Below are positions 17,260 through 27,504 of a stretch of 64,000 bases of DNA, piece after piece. Origin of the DNA: Armatimonadota bacterium (lineage in GTDB: Bacteria > Armatimonadota > Zipacnadia > Zipacnadales > UBA5352). A model generated the notes under the pieces. The model was not told the origin of the DNA. It ran no database searches and worked only from the letters and a program-made list of their open reading frames with translations. The position numbers and the translations under genes are program-made. The first letter of the stretch is position 1. Every line of letters starts with the position of its first letter. The stretch covers positions 26,641-90,640 of the forward strand of contig JAYENL010000314.1 in assembly GCA_034722055.1 (NCBI GenBank). Reading direction: 5' to 3'.

Positions 17260-18783
17260 ATGACGGGGTGGCCGCCCTTGCGGCGGCTGCCCCCTCTGTT
17301 TCGACGTGCGGGCCGACAGGCGAGGAGAGCAGTGCCCCAGAGGAGCCAGCCCGAGAGCGAGGTCCCGGTTCTGCGCATCCTCCACGAGCGCCCGGAGGAG
17401 TGCGCTTTCCAGACCCTCACCAGGGGGCAGAGAGTGGCCGGTCTGGGCCTGCTGGCCGCGCTGGTGGGGGCCCTCATCCTCCGGCCGCTGCCCACGCTGA
17501 TCGCGGTCAACGGGGCGCTGATCGTCTTCTACGTGGTGCACTCGGCCTACAAGTTCTACCTGGTGTGGGCGTCGCTGGAGCGGCCGGTGCTGCTGTCGGC
17601 GACCGAGGACGAGATGCGCCAGGTCGATGACGCGTCTCTGCCCACCTACACCGTGCTCATCCCCCTGTATCGGGAGGCGGCGGTGCTGGGGCGGCTGGTG
17701 GAGGGCCTGCAGCGGCTGGACTACCCGCCCGAGAAGCTGGACGTGATGCTGCTGCTGGAGGAGGACGACGCGCAGACCATCGCGGCGGCCCAGCGGATGG
17801 ACCTGCCGGCGCACATCCGCCCGGTCATCGTCCCCGACAGCCGGCCTAAGACCAAGCCCAAGGCCTGCAACTGGGGCCTGTTCACCTGTGATTCGGACCT
17901 CCTGGTCATCTTCGACGCCGAGGATAGACCTGAGCCCGATCAGCTCAGGAAGGCCGCTATCGCCTTCCGGAAGATCCCGGACAACGTGGTCTGCCTGCAG
18001 GCGCGGCTGAACTACTACAACCAGCGCCAGAACCTGCTCACGCGGTGGTTCACAGCGGAGTACTCCGTATGGTTCGATCTCTTCCTGCCGGGGCTGACGG
18101 CCACCGGCGCGCCGATTCCGCTGGGCGGCACCAGCAATCACTTCCGGGTGGAGCCGCTCAAGGAGCTGGGCGGCTGGGACCCCTTCAACGTGACGGAGGA
18201 CTGCGACCTGGGCGTGCGGCTGCACAAGCACGGCTGGAGCACGGCCATGCTGGCCTCCACCACGTGGGAGGAGGCCAACGGGGCATTCTTCTCGTGGTTC
18301 CGCCAGCGCTCCCGGTGGGTGAAGGGCTACCTGCAGACCTGGCTGGTGCATATGCGCCGGCCGGTGAGGCTGGTCGGGGAGCTGGGCCCGGGGGGCTGGT
18401 TCTCGTTCCAGATGACCATCGGCGGCACGCTGCTGTGCTTTTTGATCAACCCCATCTACTGGCTGATGACGCTGGTCTGGCTGCTCACGCAGGCCACCGC
18501 CATAGCGGCGCTGTTCCCGGCCGGCATCTACCTGCTGGGCAGCTTCTGTCTCTTCGGCGCCAACTTCGTCTTCGTCTACATGGCGGTGGCCGGCTGCATG
18601 CACCGCGGCTACTGGGACCTGGTGAAGTACGCCGTGCTGACGCCCATCTACTGGCTGATGATGAGCATCGGGGCCTACAAGGCCATCGCCCAGATCGCGG
18701 TGCGCCCGCACTACTGGGAGAAGACCGATCACGGCATCTTCGACCTGGAGGGCGCGGTCAGCGACGCCGGTGAAACGCCGTGA
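17260..18783 (+). CDS. Family 2 glycosyltransferase, processive synthase type (DXD and QxxRW motifs, N- and C-terminal TM helices)
   Basis: 'YTVLIPLYRE', 'FDAEDRP' (DXD) and 'FRQRSRWVKG' (QxxRW). Hydrophobic segments flank the catalytic domain. The start is uncertain, with an alternative GTG near 17332. Confidence 0.75.
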   Translation: MTGWPPLRRLPPLFRRAGRQARRAVPQRSQPESEVPVLRILHERPEECAFQTLTRGQRVAGLGLLAALVGALILRPLPTLIAVNGALIVFYVVHSAYKFYLVWASLERPVLLSATEDEMRQVDDASLPTYTVLIPLYREAAVLGRLVEGLQRLDYPPEKLDVMLLLEEDDAQTIAAAQRMDLPAHIRPVIVPDSRPKTKPKACNWGLFTCDSDLLVIFDAEDRPEPDQLRKAAIAFRKIPDNVVCLQARLNYYNQRQNLLTRWFTAEYSVWFDLFLPGLTATGAPIPLGGTSNHFRVEPLKELGGWDPFNVTEDCDLGVRLHKHGWSTAMLASTTWEEANGAFFSWFRQRSRWVKGYLQTWLVHMRRPVRLVGELGPGGWFSFQMTIGGTLLCFLINPIYWLMTLVWLLTQATAIAALFPAGIYLLGSFCLFGANFVFVYMAVAGCMHRGYWDLVKYAVLTPIYWLMMSIGAYKAIAQIAVRPHYWEKTDHGIFDLEGAVSDAGETP

Positions 18784-20300
18784 GCCCGCGTGCGGGTCGC
18801 GCTGAGGTCTGGGTGGTCTTCGGCCTGGTGACGCTGCTGACGCTGGGCATCGGCCTGCGAGGGCGGCTTGCCGAGCAGCGGGTCAACTGGGATGGGCTGG
18901 CGGCGGTGGCGCACGCCAATGACGTCTTCCGAGCTGAGCGGGGGGCGAACCTGGCGATGATCGGCTTCGTGCAGCCGCCGCTGCCGGCGCTGCTGCAGCT
19001 TCCCGTGGTGCTCCTCGTGCCGTCCCTGGCGACCGGCGGGATGGCGGCGAACCTGCTGGGGGCGGTGGTGGCCGGGGTGGCGGCGGCGCTGCTGCTGGGC
19101 ATGTGCGTGGAGGTGGGGCTGCCGGCGGCCTGGCGCTGGCCGCTGGTGGCGCTGTTCGCCCTGCACCCGATGATCCTGGGACCGGCCGCCTGCGGAGCGC
19201 CCATGGCGCTGCTGACGGCGCTGTTGCTGGGCGCGGCCTGGGCCCTGCTGCGGTGGTCGCAGGCGGAGGGCCTGCGGGAGCTGATCACCGCCAGCGTGCT
19301 GCTGGCCGCGGCCCTGATCACCCGCTACGAGGCGGTCTTCATCGTAGCGGGCGCGCTGATCTACCTGGCGTGGCGCACGCTGCGCGGCGACGGCTCGTGG
19401 AGCAAGCTGGAGGGCACGCTGATCACCTTCGGCCTGCCCATCGCCTACGTCGCCGGCGTGTGGGTCATCGCCAACTGGGCCATCATGGGCGATCCCTGGC
19501 ACTTTTTGCGGGAGACATTCGCCTCCCGGGGCCGCGCGGACGCCGCGGAGATGCTCTCGTTGTCCCTGCGCCTGACCATGGTGTGGTTTTTCCCCGCCCT
19601 GGCCCTCGTGTATAATCAGATGCGAGGTGTGGGCAGGCGGCCGGCGGCGGCCCGACCGGTGGCATGGCTGGTGCTGGCCGCGGTCGTGGCCCCCGCGCTC
19701 TTCCCGGGTGTCTTCGCCTCGTTAGGGCCGGCCGGGGACTGGAGCCGCCTGGCGACGGTCCTGTCTATGGTCCTGGCCGGGGGCTACGCCATGGTAGCGG
19801 TGCTGGCGGGTGAGCGCGTCCGTGGCGAGGCGAACGGCGGCCCCATGCACGGCACGGTGGTCATCGCCGCCGCGAGTCTGGGCGTGGCGCTGTGGCTGGT
19901 TGGCTCGGAGGGCCTCCTGGCGAGCGCCGGGGCGCCCTATCTGGGCGGCGGCCTGCTGACGGACTCCGCCCGCGCGGAGCTCTCCGCGGCCGAGCTGCTC
20001 CGCGACACGGAGCTGCCCGCAGGCCGGAGGCACATGATCGTGGGCTGGCCGGGATTCGCGGTGGTGCTCTTCTCGGGTCGAACCGGGGAGATGGCCGTGC
20101 TCCGGACGGAGGACCTGCCTGACCACTGGGAGGACCTGTGGATCGGCAGCCGGATCGTGCTGCTGGTGGGCGAGGAGCATGGCGGGGTGCCGGCCACAGT
20201 GGTGCAGGACGACCTGGGGCTGGGGCCGCGCCTGCACCTGGACCCGAAGTGGGGGGCCGGGCCCTGGGAGTGCTACGCGGTCGGCAGCGGCTCGGACTGA
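18780..20300 (+). CDS. Polytopic membrane protein, possibly a GT-C-like glycosyltransferase or synthase partner
   Basis: Its start overlaps the GT2 stop. About 10 predicted TM helices in the first 330 aa, then a C-terminal soluble domain. No confident family assignment. Confidence 0.5.
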   Translation: MSPRAGRAEVWVVFGLVTLLTLGIGLRGRLAEQRVNWDGLAAVAHANDVFRAERGANLAMIGFVQPPLPALLQLPVVLLVPSLATGGMAANLLGAVVAGVAAALLLGMCVEVGLPAAWRWPLVALFALHPMILGPAACGAPMALLTALLLGAAWALLRWSQAEGLRELITASVLLAAALITRYEAVFIVAGALIYLAWRTLRGDGSWSKLEGTLITFGLPIAYVAGVWVIANWAIMGDPWHFLRETFASRGRADAAEMLSLSLRLTMVWFFPALALVYNQMRGVGRRPAAARPVAWLVLAAVVAPALFPGVFASLGPAGDWSRLATVLSMVLAGGYAMVAVLAGERVRGEANGGPMHGTVVIAAASLGVALWLVGSEGLLASAGAPYLGGGLLTDSARAELSAAELLRDTELPAGRRHMIVGWPGFAVVLFSGRTGEMAVLRTEDLPDHWEDLWIGSRIVLLVGEEHGGVPATVVQDDLGLGPRLHLDPKWGAGPWECYAVGSGSD

Positions 20301-20355
20301 TGTCGTGACAGCAATATCGACGGGCTTGCGGGGCGCCTCACATCAGGAGGACGCC

Positions 20356-23262
20356 ATGGTGCGCCGGATCGTCATCGCTGTGATGGCTCTGAGCATGGTC
20401 GCGTTGTGCGTGGCGCGGGACGAGGAGTACCGCGCCGTGCGCGCCGAGCTGGAGGGGGCCACCTCGCTGTGGACCGTGGACACGCCCGTTCTGGAGACCA
20501 CCGAGGATGCCAAGTACCAGACCGAGCGCTACGGTGAGGACTTCACCTACGTCCTGCACGGCCTGCCGCCCGGCCCGGCGCGGCTGAAGCTGGGCCTGTG
20601 CGAGAATCGCTGGACTGAGCCGGGGGAGCGCGTCTTCGACGTCCAGGTGAACGGGCGCACGGTGATTGACGACTATGACATCCTCGAGCACACCGCGATG
20701 AACGAGGCGGTGACCGTAAGCGCGGACATCACCATTCCCGAGGGCGAGCCGCTGCGCGTCCGGTTCGTGGCCGAGACGGATAACGCCAAGGTCAACGTCA
20801 TCCGCATCTACACCGCCGAGTGGGTGCTGGAGACCACGCCCCGGGACGAGAAGAGCGCCGCGCTGCAGCCCGAGCAGCGCGACCTGCCAGCCTCCGAGGA
20901 CGTCTGGGAGACGCAGCTTGGGAGGCTGGGCAGCCGCGTGGCCATCAATCCTCGGCCCCAGCGGGGCGTCTGGTGGCAGAGCCCTTTGGGCCATGCCGAG
21001 TATCGCAGCGCGTACTTCGACCCCGAGACCGTGGACTTCGCGCAGCAGCCCGCCCGGTACATCTTCGGGGTGAAGGTAGGGGACCTGGCGATCTCGATGC
21101 CCTTCGATGACCGCCTGCCCCACTTCTCGAAGATCGACCAGAGCGAGACCATGACGCGCCTGAGCTACGAGTGCAGCTCCCCGGAGCTGCCTGTTGACGT
21201 GCGCTTCACCTGGGGGGCACCATTCTATCCGCAGGACGTGAAGCTCTCGGTGGCTCCCTATCTGACGCTGGAGGTGGCGGTGACCGGCAACGACCCGCAG
21301 GAGCAGTCCGGACAGGTGCTCATCGGCCGCTCCCTGCCCATCGGCGATCCCATGATGGCCTTCTCCCACGAGGGAATCACCGGGCTGCGCCGCACTCCGG
21401 AGGTCTTCGAGATCCCCACAGAGGAGCGGTGGGTGGTTGACGAGACGGAGGGCGTGCACCTGCACACCACCGGCCTGCCCCTGGGCGAGGGGCTGCCCGA
21501 GGACTCCGGCGCCACGGAGAAGGACAGTGACGGGCGGGTCATCCTGCCGCTGATGTGGGACCAGCCCTACGGCGGCCTGGCATGGGACTTCACGGTGCAG
21601 CCGGGGGAGACGAGGCGCTGCCGCATCGTCTACATCGGCTGGGTCGATGGCACCGTGCAGACGATCAATGACGTGGAGCACCGCTTCAAGTACCACGAGC
21701 TGTTTGACAGCCCCGATGTCCTCGCACGCTACGCCTTCGACAACTGGGATGAGATCCAGCGGCGCTGCGCGGTGTTCGAGCGCACGGTCTCGGAGGCCAC
21801 CATCCCCGAGGCATTGCGCCAGTTCCTGGCGTTCGCAACGCACAGCTACCTGGTCAACACCTGGTGGACCATCTCCCCCGAGGGGCGGGACTGGTTCACC
21901 GTCTGGGAGGGCTGCTGCCAGCTCCAGTCCACCGTCGATGTGGAGTACAACGTCGCGCCGCTGTACTTCCACATGTGGCCGGAGCTGCTGCGCATGGAGC
22001 TTGACGAGTGGGTGGGGCATATCTGGGACGGCGTGCTGGCCCACGACATGGGGGTCGGCCTGCAGGTGGATCAGATGGCCTACTGGCACCCCATGGAGAT
22101 CGAGGAGAACACCAACTTCGTGCTGCTGTTGCACCAGTACTGGGCCTGGACCGGCGACGAGGAGGCGGTGCGGCGGCACTTCGAGTCCGTCCGGGAGCTG
22201 CTGAAGTGGGTGACCGACGCGGACACGGACGGCGACGGCTTCCCGGAGCAGGGCCTCTACAACACCATCGACCAGGGCTCGGCGGCCATCCAGTACGCCT
22301 CGGATCAGGTCTACCTGGCGGTCAGATCGATGGCCGCCTACGCCGCCGGGGCGCGCATGGCCGAGCTGGTGGGCCGGCCGGAGGACGCCACCCGCTGGAC
22401 GCAGCGGGTGCGGCTTACGGCCCGCACGCTGGCCCAGGAGGGGTGGCTGGACGACCACTACGTAGTGGCGCTGAACCAGACGCGCGATGTCGAGCCGGCG
22501 GCGGCCCCGGCCGGGCCGCCGGTCGAGGACTATGGCATGGGCGGGGACTTCGGCATGATGGATGGCGGGGCCGGGGAGTACGCCGGCTACGACCCGGTGA
22601 GCATGACGGAGACGGCCCAGCCGATCAGCGGCTGGGACAGCTACTCCATCTACACCACCAACGGGCTGCTGTATCCGATGCGCTCGGGGATGGAGGTTGG
22701 CGGCCTGGACCTGGAGCGCCTCCGCCGCGACCTCCGGCGCGCCGCCGGGGAGACCATGCAGGGTTACGGCTCCCCGCACACCAGCCACGAGGAGAACATG
22801 TGGGTGTCGCAGAACATCTGGCGGGACATGGCGGCGGCCTACCTGGGCATCGACTACGTGGACAACATCGAGCGCTACTGGGACCTGCAGCGGTACATCA
22901 ACACCCGCAAGTTCGGGGCCTTCACCGATGTCTACGTCTATGGCAGGGATTCCACCTCGCTGGACTACTACCCCCGTGGCGTGGCGGCGTACGGGCTCTA
23001 TGCGGCGCTGGCGGGTCTGCAGTTTGATCGCACTCGCGGGGTGCTCTCGCTCTCGCCCCTGCGCACGCCGCTGCGCCTGCCCCTGACCATGTTCGCGGAC
23101 TGGGAGGCGGAGCGCATCCCGTGGCTGATCGTGGAGGGCGACCCCTCGGAGCCGGCAGTTCGGATCGAGGGCGGCGAGCTGCCAGAGGGGATGCAGGTGC
23201 GACTGCGCCCGCGCGGGCAGCCCTTCGCTGATGGTGAGCGCATCCAGCTCGGTGGCGAGTAG
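20356..23262 (+). CDS. Secreted glycoside hydrolase-like protein with an N-terminal malectin-like carbohydrate-binding domain and an (alpha/alpha)6-barrel-like catalytic region
   Basis: ATG at 20356 follows an AGGAGG SD. Signal peptide 'MVRRIVIAVMALSMVALCVA'. The malectin-like block is 'ERVFDVQVNGRTVIDDYDIL'. The long C-terminal region has the acidic-residue content and length of GH52 / glutaminase-A-like six-hairpin hydrolases. The 1688-aa antisense ORF overlapping it has no recognisable homology. Confidence 0.6.
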   Translation: MVRRIVIAVMALSMVALCVARDEEYRAVRAELEGATSLWTVDTPVLETTEDAKYQTERYGEDFTYVLHGLPPGPARLKLGLCENRWTEPGERVFDVQVNGRTVIDDYDILEHTAMNEAVTVSADITIPEGEPLRVRFVAETDNAKVNVIRIYTAEWVLETTPRDEKSAALQPEQRDLPASEDVWETQLGRLGSRVAINPRPQRGVWWQSPLGHAEYRSAYFDPETVDFAQQPARYIFGVKVGDLAISMPFDDRLPHFSKIDQSETMTRLSYECSSPELPVDVRFTWGAPFYPQDVKLSVAPYLTLEVAVTGNDPQEQSGQVLIGRSLPIGDPMMAFSHEGITGLRRTPEVFEIPTEERWVVDETEGVHLHTTGLPLGEGLPEDSGATEKDSDGRVILPLMWDQPYGGLAWDFTVQPGETRRCRIVYIGWVDGTVQTINDVEHRFKYHELFDSPDVLARYAFDNWDEIQRRCAVFERTVSEATIPEALRQFLAFATHSYLVNTWWTISPEGRDWFTVWEGCCQLQSTVDVEYNVAPLYFHMWPELLRMELDEWVGHIWDGVLAHDMGVGLQVDQMAYWHPMEIEENTNFVLLLHQYWAWTGDEEAVRRHFESVRELLKWVTDADTDGDGFPEQGLYNTIDQGSAAIQYASDQVYLAVRSMAAYAAGARMAELVGRPEDATRWTQRVRLTARTLAQEGWLDDHYVVALNQTRDVEPAAAPAGPPVEDYGMGGDFGMMDGGAGEYAGYDPVSMTETAQPISGWDSYSIYTTNGLLYPMRSGMEVGGLDLERLRRDLRRAAGETMQGYGSPHTSHEENMWVSQNIWRDMAAAYLGIDYVDNIERYWDLQRYINTRKFGAFTDVYVYGRDSTSLDYYPRGVAAYGLYAALAGLQFDRTRGVLSLSPLRTPLRLPLTMFADWEAERIPWLIVEGDPSEPAVRIEGGELPEGMQVRLRPRGQPFADGERIQLGGE

Positions 23263-23277
23263 CCGGAGGTGCCGACA

Positions 23278-25512
23278 GTGGCGGAGTGCATGCGCGAGCG
23301 AACCACCGACAGCTACGACATCTGCGTGGTGGGCGGGGGGTTGGCAGGCATCTGCGCCGCGCTGGCCGCGGCCCGCCACGGCGCGCGCACGGCGCTGGTG
23401 GATGACCGCCCGGTGCTGGGAGGCTGCTCCAGCACGGAGCTGCGCGTGCCGGCCTGCGGGGCGGGCTATCACAACCCCTGGGGCACCGAGACGGGGATCA
23501 TCCACGAGCTGATTCTGGAGGACCGCGCCCGCAACCACGCCGAGGTCGGCTACGGGCAGGCGAACGCCATCTGGGAGATGGTGCTCTATGACGCCTGCCG
23601 CCGGGAGCCGAGCCTGGAGATGCATCTCAACACCTGCATCGACGAGGTGCAGATGGCCGACGCCCGCGCCATCGGGCTGGTCAGCGGCCCCCAGTCGCAC
23701 AGCGGCACCAGGCTGCGCATCCCCGCGCGGCTGTTCATCGACTGCTCCGGCGACGGCTGCGTGGGTGTGGGCGCCGGAGTGCCCTTTCGCGTCGGCCCGG
23801 AGGCGCGCGGGGAGTACGGTGAGAGCTTCGCGCCCGAGGAGCCGGACGATTTCGTGATGGGCTCCAGCCTCATCTTCCGGGCGGTGGACACCGGCCGGGA
23901 GGTGCCCTTCGAGCCGCCGGAGTGGGCGGAGAGGTATGACTTCCCCGACGGCATCCCGTATCGCTCCACGCGCGACTTCACCGGCGGCTACTGGTGGATC
24001 GAGATCGGCTGGCCGCTGGATACCCTCCACGATGACCCGCAGATCCGCGACGAGCTGCTGAGCCACCTCTTCGGCGTCTGGGATCACATCAAGAACCGCG
24101 GCCGCGAGCGCGAGGAGGCGCGCACCTGGGCACTCGACTGGGTGGGCTTTCTGCCCGCACGGCGGGAGAGCCGGCGCTTCGTCGGCGCACACGTGCTGAC
24201 CCAGCAGGAGATCCAGGGCGCGGAGCGCTTCCCCGACACCGTCGCGGTCGGTGGCTGGTCGATCGACGATCACACGCGGGGCGGGATCACCGCGCTGGAC
24301 AAGCGCCCCTCCTTCGACCGCGTGCGGGTGGCGGACTACCTGGTGACGCCCTACCCGGTGCCGCTGCGCAGCCTCTACGCCGAGGAGGTCGAGAACCTGC
24401 TCTTCGCCGGGCGGGTGCTCAGCGCCAGCCGGGTGGCCTTCTGCTCTCTGCGCGTGCAGCAGACGCTGGCGACCACGGGCCAGGCGGCGGGCACGGCCGC
24501 CGCCTGGTGCATCGAGCGCGACTGCCGGCCGCACGAGATCGATGACCCCCGGCCCATCCAGCAGCGCCTTCTGCGGGATGACGCCTGGCTGCCGGGAGTG
24601 CAGGAGGACAATCTGGCGCGGGACGTGCGCGGCGCGCGGGCCTCGGCCTCGAGCGAGGCCGCCCTGCGCCCGGAGGCGGCGCAGGACGGCGCCGACCTGG
24701 CGGCCCAGCCTGCGGGGCTGATGCCGGTCTCCGAGGACCGCATTGAGCGCGTGGCCCTGTTCCTCGACAACCAGGAGGGCGAGGCGGAGATCACGCTGCG
24801 CATCTATCGGGCGTCGAACGTGTGGGACCTGGATGCGCTTGAACGCGAGCCGCTCGCGTCGGCGACCGCCGCGGTCCCCTACGGCAGCGGGTGGGTGGAT
24901 GTGAGCATTGACATGGACGCCGAGCCCGGGGCCCTGTACTGGTTCCGCGCTGAGGGCCCCGACGAGATCATGTGGCGGTTCGCCGAGGAGATGGCGCCGG
25001 GGACGGCCGCGTGCCACCTGCGGCCGGATGGCACCCGCTGGTTCGCCGGTGGTGGTCGGGGAGGCTGGCGATCCATGGCGCTGCGCGTCGCCCCGGAGAG
25101 CCGGCCCTTCGGACCTGACCAGGCCATCAACGGCTGCGCCCGGCCCGACCGGGCCGCGAACCTGTGGATCTCCGATCCTCACCAGCCGCTGCCGCAGTGG
25201 CTGGAGGTTGAGCTGGCTGAGCCCACCGAGATCGACGCTGCTGCCATCATCTTCGATACGAACCTGTCGCGTACCAACGGCGCCATGCCGGGACTGATGC
25301 GCGCGCCCGAGTGCGTTCGCGACTACCGGCTGGAGGCTGAGGCGGACGGCGGCTGGGAGGAGCTGGCGCGAGTGACGGGCAACTACCACAGGCGCCGGGA
25401 GCACCGCTTCGAGCCGGTGATCGTCCGACGCGTGCGCCTGACCGTCGAGGCCACCAACGGCGATCCCTCGGCGCGCGTCTGCGCTTTGAGACTCTACCGT
25501 GACGGGCGATGA
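23278..25512 (+). CDS. FAD-dependent oxidoreductase (PF12831-like) with a C-terminal discoidin/F5-8-type-C-like domain
   Basis: 'YDICVVGGGLAGICAALAAARHGARTALV' Rossmann dinucleotide-binding motif at the N-terminus. About 740 aa. A GTG at 23278 sits 9 nt after 'GGAGG'; alternatives are 23269 and 23290. Confidence 0.65.
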   Translation: MAECMRERTTDSYDICVVGGGLAGICAALAAARHGARTALVDDRPVLGGCSSTELRVPACGAGYHNPWGTETGIIHELILEDRARNHAEVGYGQANAIWEMVLYDACRREPSLEMHLNTCIDEVQMADARAIGLVSGPQSHSGTRLRIPARLFIDCSGDGCVGVGAGVPFRVGPEARGEYGESFAPEEPDDFVMGSSLIFRAVDTGREVPFEPPEWAERYDFPDGIPYRSTRDFTGGYWWIEIGWPLDTLHDDPQIRDELLSHLFGVWDHIKNRGREREEARTWALDWVGFLPARRESRRFVGAHVLTQQEIQGAERFPDTVAVGGWSIDDHTRGGITALDKRPSFDRVRVADYLVTPYPVPLRSLYAEEVENLLFAGRVLSASRVAFCSLRVQQTLATTGQAAGTAAAWCIERDCRPHEIDDPRPIQQRLLRDDAWLPGVQEDNLARDVRGARASASSEAALRPEAAQDGADLAAQPAGLMPVSEDRIERVALFLDNQEGEAEITLRIYRASNVWDLDALEREPLASATAAVPYGSGWVDVSIDMDAEPGALYWFRAEGPDEIMWRFAEEMAPGTAACHLRPDGTRWFAGGGRGGWRSMALRVAPESRPFGPDQAINGCARPDRAANLWISDPHQPLPQWLEVELAEPTEIDAAAIIFDTNLSRTNGAMPGLMRAPECVRDYRLEAEADGGWEELARVTGNYHRRREHRFEPVIVRRVRLTVEATNGDPSARVCALRLYRDGR

Positions 25513-25532
25513 CGCACCGGGAGGCGACCTTC

Positions 25533-26927
25533 ATGTCTGACCTGCGGGCGGGAGTCGCGACCATCGACATCACGCCACCCATCGGGCTGACCATGGCGGG
25601 CTATGGCGCGCGCACGCGGCCCTCCGACGGCATCGAGGACCCGCTGCTGGCCTACGCCCTGGCGCTGGAGCAGGGCGACGAGGCCTCCGCGATGGTGGTG
25701 GGCGACCTCATCGGCGTCCCCGAAGAGCTGTGCGGCAGAATCCGCGAGCGGGTGGAGGAGCTGTGCGACCTCGACGGCGATCGGGTCCTTGTATGTGGCA
25801 CTCACACGCACTGGGGGCCGGTGCTGCAGGCGACCGGGTACCTTCCAGAGGACCTGCGCGAGGCGGTCTCCGAGGACTACACGGCGACGGTCGTCCGGCA
25901 GATGGCCGGCGCGGTGGCGGAGGCGTGGCGTCTGCGGGAGCCGGCCACGGCGCTGGCGGGGACCGGCCATGCCGACCTGGTGAAGTTCAACCGGCGGCCC
26001 GTGAACGCCGGGGGAAAGACGGAGATGAACCTGCGGCTGCCTCTGGAGCAGGCGCTGACGGCATCCCGTGTGGGGGCGGAGCTGGCGGAGACCTGGGAGC
26101 CAGGCGGCGGGCCGGGCGAGCGCCTCAGCGAGCCCCTGGATGAACTGGACGGGCTCCGCGTGGGGCCGGCCAACACCGACCTGCCGGTGCTGAAGCTGAT
26201 GCGACCGGACGGCTCGCCGCTGGCGGCCGTCATGGTCTTCGGCTGCCATCCCGTCTGCGGCGCTGACCCGGACACCACGTTCTACCGCTACTCGGCAGAC
26301 TGGCCGCGCTACGCCCGGCGCGTGGTGGAGCTGACGCTGGGCTGCCCGGCGATGCTGCTGCTGGGCTGCGCCGGGGATCAGGTGCCCGTGCGCCGGGGCG
26401 GCGAGTCCCGGCAGCGCACCGGGCACTCCGTGGGCGCGGAGGCCGTTCGCGTCTGGGAGCTCATCGAGGGGGAGTCAATCGGGCCGCTGCGGATCGCCAG
26501 CCGGACGGTGGAGCTGCCTCTGCGGGACCTGCCCAGCGTCGAGGAGGCGCGGGCGGCGCTGGAGGCCACCGACGATCCCGAGGGCAAAGGCGCCATGCGC
26601 GAGCGCCACACCCTCTCGCAGGCCGAGCGCTTCGAGGGGATGGAGGCCGTGCCTGTGCAGGCCTGGGGCATGTCGCTGGGCGAGCAGTGGGGACTCGTGG
26701 GGCTGCCGGGCGAGGTGCTGTGCGAGTTCGAGCTGCAGATTCGCCAGCGGACGCCCTTCGCGAACACGGCGGTGGTGGAGCTGGCGCTGGGGAGCCCCGG
26801 GTACCTGCCGACCGACCCGTCCATCGACGAGGGCGGCTACGAGCCGGGCTGGTCGCCCTTCGGCAAGGGCACGGAGGCGGCGGCCGTGGAGGGGGCTGTC
26901 GCGACACTCGAGGAGTGCGCGGGCTGA
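25533..26927 (+). CDS. Neutral/alkaline ceramidase-like hydrolase (PF04734-like N-terminal domain)
   Basis: 'GVATIDITPPIGLTMAGYG' and 'VLVCGTHTHWGP' fit the ceramidase-family signature blocks. ATG 25533 sits 8 nt after 'GGGAGG'. The ORF overlaps the upstream stop when started at 25509. Confidence 0.5.
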   Translation: MSDLRAGVATIDITPPIGLTMAGYGARTRPSDGIEDPLLAYALALEQGDEASAMVVGDLIGVPEELCGRIRERVEELCDLDGDRVLVCGTHTHWGPVLQATGYLPEDLREAVSEDYTATVVRQMAGAVAEAWRLREPATALAGTGHADLVKFNRRPVNAGGKTEMNLRLPLEQALTASRVGAELAETWEPGGGPGERLSEPLDELDGLRVGPANTDLPVLKLMRPDGSPLAAVMVFGCHPVCGADPDTTFYRYSADWPRYARRVVELTLGCPAMLLLGCAGDQVPVRRGGESRQRTGHSVGAEAVRVWELIEGESIGPLRIASRTVELPLRDLPSVEEARAALEATDDPEGKGAMRERHTLSQAERFEGMEAVPVQAWGMSLGEQWGLVGLPGEVLCEFELQIRQRTPFANTAVVELALGSPGYLPTDPSIDEGGYEPGWSPFGKGTEAAAVEGAVATLEECAG

Positions 26928-26945
26928 GCGTGGAGGAGGCACGGC

Positions 26946-27500
26946 GTGAGCATGTCGGAGCGGATCGGCCGCCACGCTGAGATGGAGTGCGTCTCCCGCC
27001 TGGCGACCGAGGAGGACCTGCCGGTGCTGGCCATCTTCGAGCGGGAGCTGGCCCGGCTGTCGTTCCCCGAGGACCCCATCCTGGACCTGGAGTATCACAC
27101 CGAGAAGCTGCAGCGGGCCATAGAGCGGGAGCCGGAGGGCATGATCGTGCAGACGGTGACCTCCGAGGAGTCGGTCGCCGGTGATGAGATCGCCGCCTGG
27201 ATGTGGCTGATGACGAAGAGGACGCTGGCGACCGGCGAGCCCTACGGCGTGCTGCGCAGCCTCTACGTGCGGCGGCGGTACCGGCGGCACGGGCTGGCGC
27301 TGAGCCTGGCGGAGTATGCCCTGCGCTACTTCGCCCGGCGCGACGTGAAGAAGATCATGGCCAAGGTCCACACTGAGAACAAGCCGGCGGTGCAGGTGCT
27401 GCGGCGCGTGGGCTTCGAGCCCCTGCACACCACGCTGCAGTACCGCCTGCAGCCCGGCGAGCCCTACTTCTTCGACGAGGAGGACGAGGAGGAGCTCTGA
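26946..27500 (+). CDS. GNAT family N-acetyltransferase
   Basis: 184 aa. Acetyl-CoA-binding motif 'LYVRRRYRRHGLALSLAEYAL' (R/Q-x-x-G-x-G/A). Confidence 0.7.
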   Translation: MSMSERIGRHAEMECVSRLATEEDLPVLAIFERELARLSFPEDPILDLEYHTEKLQRAIEREPEGMIVQTVTSEESVAGDEIAAWMWLMTKRTLATGEPYGVLRSLYVRRRYRRHGLALSLAEYALRYFARRDVKKIMAKVHTENKPAVQVLRRVGFEPLHTTLQYRLQPGEPYFFDEEDEEEL

Positions 27501-27504
27501 CGGC

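Noticed and set aside
20338-25404. A 1688-aa minus-strand ORF, the largest in the window
   Set aside because: It is antisense to two plus-strand genes with clear homology and motifs (the malectin-GH and the FAD oxidoreductase). Its protein is Arg/Ala/Gly/Pro-rich low complexity, as expected from the reverse frame of GC-rich coding DNA. I treat it as an artefact.
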